A stretch of DNA of 64,000 nt from Phycisphaerales bacterium (GTDB taxonomy: Bacteria > Planctomycetota > Phycisphaerae > Phycisphaerales > UBA1924), in NCBI GenBank assembly GCA_019750095.1, contig JAIEOW010000045.1:1-64000 (forward strand). Reading direction: 5' to 3'. This document shows positions 57,034 through 64,000 of this stretch, piece by piece. Both the position numbers and the translations under genes were made by a program. The notes below the pieces were generated by a model. It worked only from the letters and a program-made list of their open reading frames with translations. It was not told the origin of the DNA and searched no databases. Positions within the stretch are counted from its first letter, which is position 1, and every line of letters starts with the position of its first letter.

Positions 57034-58277
57034 GCACTCCCGAATCGGGGCTGATCGCTCTGGATGTCGGCGGAGAACGCTTCGAGCGTCCGCTGAACGG
57101 GGTGATGGATGATGATGCAACTCTTCAACTTCCGCCTCAGGCCGGCGTGCTGGTGCTGGAGGCGAGCGATGGCCGCACCGTGCTTGTGGCGACGACGGCG
57201 AATCTGCGCGACCTGACGCGCCGGCGGCTTGGCCCGATCGAACCGGGGGAACGCTCGGCGAGTGCAGATGTGCGCGACCTGTGCGCGGGCGGACGACTGA
57301 TCGCGATTCGAACCGGCTCGGCGCTGGAGACCGATGCGGTGTATCTGCGGCTGGCGCGAGAGCGGCTGGAGCACGCCGCTCGGATCGTGAGCGAGCGGTG
57401 GCGCGCGTGGTTCGTGCATGTTGATCCGGATGCGGAGTTTCCGGAATGGACGAAGACGAACCTCGTCGGACTCGTGCGCACACGCTCGGCGGGGACTTCT
57501 GTCACAGGACGAATCGATACGGGTGTGTTGCTGGGGCCGATTCCGAATAAGGACGCCGCGGGGCGATTCATCGAGCACGCGATCGATGCGTTTGATCTGT
57601 GTCGATTCCATCACCTGCTCGTTCAGGCTCCGAGCGCAGTGGCGTGCGCGTACAAGGAGATGGGGCGATGTCCGGCACCATGTGATGGCAGCGAGTGGAT
57701 GGCCGCGTATCGGGAACGGACGCGCCGGGCAGTCGCGGCACTCTCTGGGCGGATCGAAGCGAAGGCGGCGGAGTTCGAGGCCGCGCAGAAGTCCGCCGCG
57801 GAACTCCAGGAGTTTGAGCACGCGGCTCAATACAAGCGGATGCTCGAACGGATCAAACCGCTGCGGGCCAAGACCTTTGCCGAGGTCGATCAACTGAGCA
57901 CGTGGCAGCGGTTGCTGGTGCTCCGCGGCGAGGCCAAGGGGAGCGTGCGGATCGGCGTGATGGATCGCGGCAATCTCTGGCGTGTCGGCGACGTCGAAGC
58001 CAAGGACTCGGGCGCGGTGCGGGCGATGTGCGCACTCGCAAGATCGCACGCGGCGCAGTTGCTCAGCACGCCAGTGCAAACGATCGAACAGTCGCGGATC
58101 GACAGCATTGCTTTGGTGTCGCGCTGGCTGCAGATGTCGACGAAGAAACGCGGCGGGGTCGCGATCGCCTTTGGGGATGGGTTTGAGGGCGAGGCGGTGA
58201 AGGCGGCTCGACCTGTCGCAAAGATCGATGATGCAGAGGTTGACGTGGACGCGCAAGAGATTGATGGGCTTGGGTAG
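57030..58277 (+). CDS. UvrC N-terminal-like protein (degenerate GIY-YIG plus UVR-like helix)
   Basis: AGVLVLEASDGRTVLVATTANLRDLTRRRL resembles the GIY-YIG core but lacks the tyrosines; ELQEFEHAAQYKRMLERIKPL resembles the UVR domain. Confidence 0.4.
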   Translation: MSTPESGLIALDVGGERFERPLNGVMDDDATLQLPPQAGVLVLEASDGRTVLVATTANLRDLTRRRLGPIEPGERSASADVRDLCAGGRLIAIRTGSALETDAVYLRLARERLEHAARIVSERWRAWFVHVDPDAEFPEWTKTNLVGLVRTRSAGTSVTGRIDTGVLLGPIPNKDAAGRFIEHAIDAFDLCRFHHLLVQAPSAVACAYKEMGRCPAPCDGSEWMAAYRERTRRAVAALSGRIEAKAAEFEAAQKSAAELQEFEHAAQYKRMLERIKPLRAKTFAEVDQLSTWQRLLVLRGEAKGSVRIGVMDRGNLWRVGDVEAKDSGAVRAMCALARSHAAQLLSTPVQTIEQSRIDSIALVSRWLQMSTKKRGGVAIAFGDGFEGEAVKAARPVAKIDDAEVDVDAQEIDGLG

Positions 58278-58340
58278 ATCGCGCGCGTTGAGAGAAGAGG
58301 CACACGCTGGGGACCAGCGTGCCACACAGATGCACGGGTG

Positions 58341-59169
58341 CTATCGCACGCCGAAGAGTCTTGCGGTGTTGGCGTTGATCTGCTCGTGGAAGCTCTCGAA
58401 CGAGACGCCGCGGAGAGCGGCGAGATTGCGTGCGGTGTCGGCGGCATAGGCCGGCACGCACGGGCGCTTGCCGCGATGAGGCAGCGGCGGGAGGAACGGG
58501 GCGTCGGTCTCGATCATGATGCGATCGGCGGGAACGAGTGCGCACGCGGTGCGGACGTCGGCCGCGCTGGGATAGGTGGCGATGCCTGTGAAGCTGATGC
58601 ACGCGCCGAAGTCGAGAACACGCCGCGCCTCGGCGGGGGTGCCGGTGAAGCAATGAAAGACGAATCGCTCCGCGGGGAGCGTGCTGGACTTGAGGATTGG
58701 CATCAGATCATCGAACGCCTCGCGGCAGTGAATGACGACGGGCAGGCCGGGCTTGCCGATGCCGCCCGGGCCGGCGTGATTGACGCTGATGATGAACGCG
58801 AGTTGCTCTTCGAGCACGCGTAACTGGATGGCTTTTGCCGGCGTGGGATAGTGATTGTCGAGCCCAAGCTCTCCCCATGCGACACACTTGGGGTGACTGG
58901 CAACGGTGCGGAGACTCTCCCAGACATGCTGGGTGCCAGTCTTGCTGCTCGCTCGCGGATCAGCGGTATCTGAGTACAGCGGGTGAACACCAGATGAGCA
59001 CCAGACGCGCTCGTGTGCTTTGGCGATCGCCAGGGCGTCGAGACAGTCCAGCGTGGTGGTGCTGATGGTGATGCATCCCGAGACTCCGGCTCGGCTCGCG
59101 TCATCGAGCGTGGGGCCGATACGATCGATGAAGTCGGGAAACGTCAGATGGCAGTGCGTGTCGATCATG
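58341..59169 (-). CDS. tatD: TatD-family metal-dependent hydrolase
   Basis: MIDTHCHL, GELGLD and VIHCREA motifs; start at the internal Met, because the ORF track over-extends into the divergent neighbour. Confidence 0.85.
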
Positions 59170-59189
59170 CGTGAAGAAGGAGCGGGCGG

Positions 59190-60695
59190 ATGAACGTGCT
59201 CGAACGGCGAATGGTACGGGTGCTGGCCGCGACGCTTGCGATGGTTGTCGCGTTCGGGCTGCCCTCGGGCGTGCTTGCGCAGCAGGAGACCCGCGAGCAG
59301 TGGTACGTGCTGATGATGCAGGACAAGCGGGCCGGGTGGATGCGGACGCTGGAACAGCGGCGCGAGGGCAAGCTGGTGTCCTCTGCAGAGATGGAGATCC
59401 GGATCAAGCGTGATCGGCTGACGGTGCCCATCGGCATCTCGACCGAGTTTGTGGAGACACCGGAGCACGAGCCGGTGAGCATGACGAGCACGATGAAGCT
59501 TGGGCAGTTGCCGCAGGTGACGCGGTACCGCTTTCTGCCCGATGGGGTCGAGGTGGAATCGATCAGCGGTGGCAACAAGCAACAGGCCAAGCGCGATCGA
59601 CCGGCGGGAGAGTGGAGCACGCCGCGAAAGGTGGCTCGGCTCATCGAAGAGGGCATCGCGGCGGGCAAGACCGAGTTCAGCACACGCTCGCTCGATCCGA
59701 GCACGGGCCTGACCCCGGCGACGATGACGATGAAGCTGGTCGAGAAGACCACCCTTGAAGTGATGGGCAAGGTGGTGCCGGCGATCAAGTGGACCACAAC
59801 CACGTCGGCCATCCCCGGCGAGAGCGTGCAATACACCGACGAGAAGGGCGAAGCACTCCGGACGGAGACAAGCATCGGCGGGATGACGATCGTGGTCATC
59901 CGCGCGGATCGGGCACTGGCGATGAGCGGGCTTGAAGCTCCGGAGATTCTCAACGCGTCGATGATCTTGCCGGACAAGCCGATCGACGATGCGAGGAGCC
60001 GAATGACGGGCGTCTTCTTGATTCGTACCACGGCTGACCAGCTCTCGGACTTGCCCACCGTGGGTGCGCAAACCTCCGAACGGGTTGATCAACGGACAGT
60101 TCGCGTCCGCATCGACGCGCTCGGATTGTCGCCAGCGTCGAAAGCGGACATCGACGATCCCAGGTACCGCTCATCGTCAGCGATGATCACGAGCGATGAT
60201 GCTCGGGTGAAACAGGCCGTGCTCGAAGCGCTCAAGGGAAGGCAGCAGTCTCAGAAAGTGGAGCAAGCGATGCTACTGCGGACCTTTGTGGGCAGGTACA
60301 TCAGCAAGAAGACGATGGATGTCGGGTTCGCAACCGCCGCCGAAGTCGCGCAGACACGTCAAGGGGATTGCACCGAACATGGCGTGCTCCTTGCCGCGAT
60401 GCTGCGAGCCGCGGGCATTCCCTCTCGCGTGGTGAGCGGATTGATCTATGTCGATGGCATCAAAGACGGCAAGGGCGCGTTCGGATATCACATGTGGGCG
60501 CAGGCTCTGGTCGATGTGGGTGGAAAGCCGGTGTGGATGGATCTTGACCCGACCTTGGGCGTGGTCAAACGAACCGACGCCACGCACATCACTTTGCAGA
60601 CGCTGGCCATGGCCGACGGCGAGACGATCAACGCGCTGGTGGACATCGTGCCGACGATGGGCAAGCTGAGCATCACGGTGGAAGGCGTGGAATGA
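59190..60695 (+). CDS. Secreted transglutaminase-like cysteine protease domain protein
   Basis: Signal peptide; Cys-His-Asp core QGDCTEHGVLLAAMLRAAGIPSRVVSG...GYHMWAQALVD...MDLD. Confidence 0.75.
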   Translation: MNVLERRMVRVLAATLAMVVAFGLPSGVLAQQETREQWYVLMMQDKRAGWMRTLEQRREGKLVSSAEMEIRIKRDRLTVPIGISTEFVETPEHEPVSMTSTMKLGQLPQVTRYRFLPDGVEVESISGGNKQQAKRDRPAGEWSTPRKVARLIEEGIAAGKTEFSTRSLDPSTGLTPATMTMKLVEKTTLEVMGKVVPAIKWTTTTSAIPGESVQYTDEKGEALRTETSIGGMTIVVIRADRALAMSGLEAPEILNASMILPDKPIDDARSRMTGVFLIRTTADQLSDLPTVGAQTSERVDQRTVRVRIDALGLSPASKADIDDPRYRSSSAMITSDDARVKQAVLEALKGRQQSQKVEQAMLLRTFVGRYISKKTMDVGFATAAEVAQTRQGDCTEHGVLLAAMLRAAGIPSRVVSGLIYVDGIKDGKGAFGYHMWAQALVDVGGKPVWMDLDPTLGVVKRTDATHITLQTLAMADGETINALVDIVPTMGKLSITVEGVE

Positions 60696-61687
60696 GCGAA
60701 TACGACGCAGCTTCACCGGGCGGGGACGTTGTGCCGGGGGATCTGCCGCGCTTGCCGATGAGGCCGCTCGATGGACACAAGGGTGTGTTTGGTAAAGTGG
60801 CGGTCGTCGGCGGGTGCGCAGAGGGCGCGGTGCGGATGGTGGGTGCCCCCGCGCTCGCGGCGACCGCCGCGTTGCGATCAGGGTGCGGGCTGGCGCGGAT
60901 CGTCGCGCCTTCGGCGATCATCGGCGAGGTGCTGGCGATATGTCCGAGCGCAACGGGGATCGCTCTGGCAAGTGAGGCGCTGACGGGCGTCGTGATTCCG
61001 CACGATGCCGCCGAGGCACTCGACGGCGTGATCGAGAGTTGTGACGCGCTGGTGATCGGGCCCGGCATGGGTCAGAGTCTGGCGACCCAGACGCTCGCGC
61101 TTCGCGCCGTGCAGCAGGAGCGTGTGCCGGTGGTGGTGGATGCCGACGCGATCAACGCACTTGCGGCGATTCCGGAGCTGATCCGCGATCTGCGCGGCGC
61201 GTGCGTGCTGACGCCGCACCCCGGAGAGTTCAGGCGACTCTGCGCGGGACTTGGATTGAAGAATGATCTTGGGCTGAGCCAATCTCGTTTGAGCGCGTGC
61301 GAGCAGATGGCCCAACGGCTGGGGTGCATCATCGTGCTCAAGGGTGCCGGCACCGTGGTCTCTGACGGCTTGCGCACGTGGACCTGCGGCACGGGGCATC
61401 CGTGCATGGCGACGGCGGGCACCGGCGATGTGCTTGCTGGGCTGCTGGGGGGCATCATCGCGCAGGCGTGTGCGACGGTGGATCAGATGCAGATGCGATC
61501 ACGGGTGCCGCAGATGCCCAGGGACCCTGCGCGACCGTTCGATCTGTACGACGCGGCGCGGATGAGCGTGTGGGTGCATGGCCGCGCGGGCGAGCTGTGG
61601 GCGGACCATCGCGGAGCCGAGGCGGGGTTGCTCGCGATGGAGCTTGCGGAGCTTCTGCCGCAGGCGATGCAGATGGTGCGCACGTAG
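60692..61687 (+). CDS. ADP-dependent (S)-NAD(P)H-hydrate dehydratase (YjeF C-terminal domain family)
   Basis: HKGVFGKVAVVGG, VVVDADAIN, LTPHPGEF and ATAGTGDVLAGLLGG. Confidence 0.8.
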   Translation: MSEYDAASPGGDVVPGDLPRLPMRPLDGHKGVFGKVAVVGGCAEGAVRMVGAPALAATAALRSGCGLARIVAPSAIIGEVLAICPSATGIALASEALTGVVIPHDAAEALDGVIESCDALVIGPGMGQSLATQTLALRAVQQERVPVVVDADAINALAAIPELIRDLRGACVLTPHPGEFRRLCAGLGLKNDLGLSQSRLSACEQMAQRLGCIIVLKGAGTVVSDGLRTWTCGTGHPCMATAGTGDVLAGLLGGIIAQACATVDQMQMRSRVPQMPRDPARPFDLYDAARMSVWVHGRAGELWADHRGAEAGLLAMELAELLPQAMQMVRT

Positions 61688-61690
61688 CGG

Positions 61691-62329
61691 CTATTGCAAC
61701 TGTCGCGGTCCGGCGGAGGCGACGAGGCGGATCGTCGGCGCGTCGTTCCCGACGCCGATGCGCATGTCGGCATCATCGCGCGGGGCGACGGTGAGGTCCA
61801 TGGTCGCTTTCATCAGCCGAGGGCCGGGCTCATATTGCAGCACAAAGGCGCACTCGCGAACATTGCGGAGGAGCGGGCGCTGCTGCAGAACGCTGCCGTT
61901 GTCGGCATCGGTGAGGATGTACCAGAGTTCAAACTCGCCCGGCGCGCCGACGGCGTCTCGACGCTCCAGCCGCGTGACGCGGTTGAGTCCGGCAAGGCGG
62001 TCTTCCTCGCTGATGAACTCCATGAAGTTGCTGGTCATGGGGTTCTGGCTGGCGTCGAGCACGTCCGCGGGCGCGGGGCCGAACTGTGAGCCCGTGCGGA
62101 TCATCGCGAGCACGCGGTGAACGACGATGCGGCTGACAACGTGTGTGGACGCGGACTCACTGGTGTGCTTGTAGCTCCGCCACGAGGCGTCGAATGCGCT
62201 GAATGTGGCGGCGAGCAGCGTCGCGCTGATGGTGAGCGCAACGAGCATCTCGACGATGCTGAAGCCCTTTCGAGCTGCGGTGGGAGCGGTCCCGGCGCGG
62301 GCGACGATGTTGCGGGTTCCTTGACGCAT
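61691..62329 (-). CDS. Prepilin-type N-terminal cleavage/methylation domain protein (pseudopilin)
   Basis: KGFSIVEMLVALTIS class-III signal peptide. Confidence 0.7.
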   Translation of the reverse strand: MRQGTRNIVARAGTAPTAARKGFSIVEMLVALTISATLLAATFSAFDASWRSYKHTSESASTHVVSRIVVHRVLAMIRTGSQFGPAPADVLDASQNPMTSNFMEFISEEDRLAGLNRVTRLERRDAVGAPGEFELWYILTDADNGSVLQQRPLLRNVRECAFVLQYEPGPRLMKATMDLTVAPRDDADMRIGVGNDAPTIRLVASAGPRQLQ

Positions 62330-64000
62330 CAGTGCACACCCTCTCGATAGCTCATGAGCAAGTCGACGCCGGACAGCGGGAGCATGATGCCGTCGGGCAT
62401 TGGGATGTTGGGGTTGTAGTTCACCTCAACGCGGCCGTAGCCGTAGAAGGGGATTGGTGTGGAGCCCGGCGGCTGTGCCTGGCTTGAAGAGACATCGGGG
62501 ATGCCGTCGCCGTTGGTGTCGTATCCAACGATGCGCTGGCCGCCGACGACGGGCAGGGAGTTGGGATCAGTGGATTCTCCGTCGCCATCACCGGAGCCGA
62601 AGTATCCGAGGGTGACATTGAAGTTGGCGGGGTTGCCGACGGCCTGGCCCTGCTGGAGCATGGGACCCTGGCCGAAGACGGGGTTGTAGGTCATGAAGAG
62701 CGCACCATCGACGCGGGCCGAGCCACGGATGTCGAGCACGCCGGCGACGATGGTGCCGCTAAGCTGGACGTTCTGAGCGGTGGTCGAACTGGTGCCGCTG
62801 AACGTGTCGGTCGGGGCGTTGAAGGTACCGACGTCAACGGAGTAGTTGGGCAGCAGCATGCTGCTCTTGGAGATCTCGGCCAGGTCATCGCTGTCGGGGT
62901 TGACGGCGGTGTTGTTGGGTTCGTCAGGATTCACGGTCGTGAAACGTGTCGAGCCGGTGAACTGCAGCTTGTTGCGGATGTTTGTGAACTGCGTGGGCGT
63001 GTCGCTCACGATCGAGCCAACGAAGAGGCAGTTGTGGAAGCGGATGTTGTTGGAGTAACGCTTGGTGTCGCGGTTGGTGCCCGTCTGGATCGTGCCGTTG
63101 ATCACCGGCGGATCGGGGAACGAGGCGTAGTTGGCGGGACCATCGGTGACGTTACCGGAGGTGTATCGGAGGAAGTCGCTCTTGTCGAGGGGATTGACCT
63201 TGGCGATGGGGCGACCGGAAGAGGCGCTCCACTCCATCTGGCCGTAGAGCGACCAGTTGACGTGCGTGTTGTCCGTGTAGGAACGCACGAACGTGACGCC
63301 GATGAACTTGCAGTTGATGAACAGAGCGTTGGTGCCCGTGGGGATCTGGACGTTCTTGAAGGTCATGTTGATGTAGCGCGGCCGGTAGTAGTAGTCCGAC
63401 GCCGTGGGGCTGTTGAAGGGCATCGCCTCCCAGATCTGCATGCCGGTCTGCGAGTACACAGTGGCGGGATCAAGATCGGCGCGATAGAAGCGCGGGCCGG
63501 AGCCGGTGTGCACGGCCTGCTCATAGGACGCCAAGCTGGCGGAAGAGACGCCGAGCTGCGTGGCGACCTGCTGACTGAACGAAGCTCCGTCGGCGATGTT
63601 CTTCAGCGAGCCGGCGGCGTTGGAAAATGACGACTCGTCGATCGCGGGGAGTTCGTCATCGGTTGCGCCAAAGCGTGTGGGCGTCTGGCCGGTCGGGGCG
63701 ACGATCGGACCCTGCAACTGGCTGGCATAGGACCCGCCGCGGGCACTCGCCCAGGCGGCGGCGGACGTTCGGAACATCATTCGCCCGCGGAGCTTGGCGT
63801 ACTGGTCCTTGCCGTTGATCACGCCGTCGCGCCAACCGAGAACGCGGTCGTTGGCATCGAGCATCGCGCTGGCCGGTGTCAGCCGATTGTTATCGTTGGC
63901 ATCGGCAAACCCGGAGACACCGTTGCGATTGCGGTCGGGGTTGCCGTTGTCAATCAGCAGCGCGAGGTCGAGGTCGGCGGTGAACTCACTGGGCCGCCCG
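62329..64000 (-). CDS. Large secreted Thr/Asn/Gly/Asp-rich protein, 5'-partial (frame open to the window end), co-oriented with the pseudopilin
   Basis: No stop codon in frame between 63864 and 64000; the N-terminal part is Asp/Asn-rich (DLDLALLIDNGNPDRNRNG, possibly calcium-binding-like); overlaps the pseudopilin start by 1 bp. Confidence 0.4.
   Translation of the reverse strand, partial: GRPSEFTADLDLALLIDNGNPDRNRNGVSGFADANDNNRLTPASAMLDANDRVLGWRDGVINGKDQYAKLRGRMMFRTSAAAWASARGGSYASQLQGPIVAPTGQTPTRFGATDDELPAIDESSFSNAAGSLKNIADGASFSQQVATQLGVSSASLASYEQAVHTGSGPRFYRADLDPATVYSQTGMQIWEAMPFNSPTASDYYYRPRYINMTFKNVQIPTGTNALFINCKFIGVTFVRSYTDNTHVNWSLYGQMEWSASSGRPIAKVNPLDKSDFLRYTSGNVTDGPANYASFPDPPVINGTIQTGTNRDTKRYSNNIRFHNCLFVGSIVSDTPTQFTNIRNKLQFTGSTRFTTVNPDEPNNTAVNPDSDDLAEISKSSMLLPNYSVDVGTFNAPTDTFSGTSSTTAQNVQLSGTIVAGVLDIRGSARVDGALFMTYNPVFGQGPMLQQGQAVGNPANFNVTLGYFGSGDGDGESTDPNSLPVVGGQRIVGYDTNGDGIPDVSSSQAQPPGSTPIPFYGYGRVEVNYNPNIPMPDGIMLPLSGVDLLMSYREGVH

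Noticed and set aside
1-64000. Searched for tRNA or rRNA genes and for transposase or integrase genes
   Set aside because: No T-loop GGTTCGAATCC-type signatures or rRNA-like segments were found. No ORF has DDE or tyrosine-recombinase motifs. Mobility of the island is inferred only from the repeats.

Overview
This 64-kb window comes from a high-GC (about 68-70%) bacterial chromosome. Its content is consistent with a Planctomycetota-like genome, but that placement is only inference. Planctomycetota-like features: many glycoside hydrolases with FAD-oxidoreductase partners, duplicated DUF5009/HGSNAT-like membrane proteins, and a Ser/Thr kinase with TPR repeats next to an FHA-PP2C phosphatase. The dcw cluster is split: an orphan mraZ lies about 22 kb from ftsW-murG. 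Most of the window is ordinary core and carbohydrate metabolism. The identifiable genes include an ABC sugar permease, a GH38 alpha-mannosidase, rpsA, a flotillin, a trehalose/compatible-solute cluster (otsA, an otsB-GH15 fusion, a GH63 hydrolase), asd, cystathionine beta-synthase, two kynurenine-pathway genes, ftsW-murG, a GGDEF protein, tatD, and a pseudopilin. The unusual part is a roughly 7-kb accessory island at 40.2-47.1 kb. It contains a 1117-aa MmeI-family Type IIG restriction-modification gene bounded by about 80-bp inverted repeats. That gene sits between two diverged paralogous genes of unknown function. The island is in turn bracketed by large tandem repeat arrays of an 84-bp unit arranged head-to-head (a palindromic array), plus a block of 21-bp palindromic tandem repeats directly upstream of the first paralog. 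Several small REP-like palindromic repeat families and intrinsic terminators are also visible. No rRNA, tRNA, CRISPR array, transposase or integrase was recognised. Many long ORFs antisense to real genes are GC-skew artefacts and were rejected.
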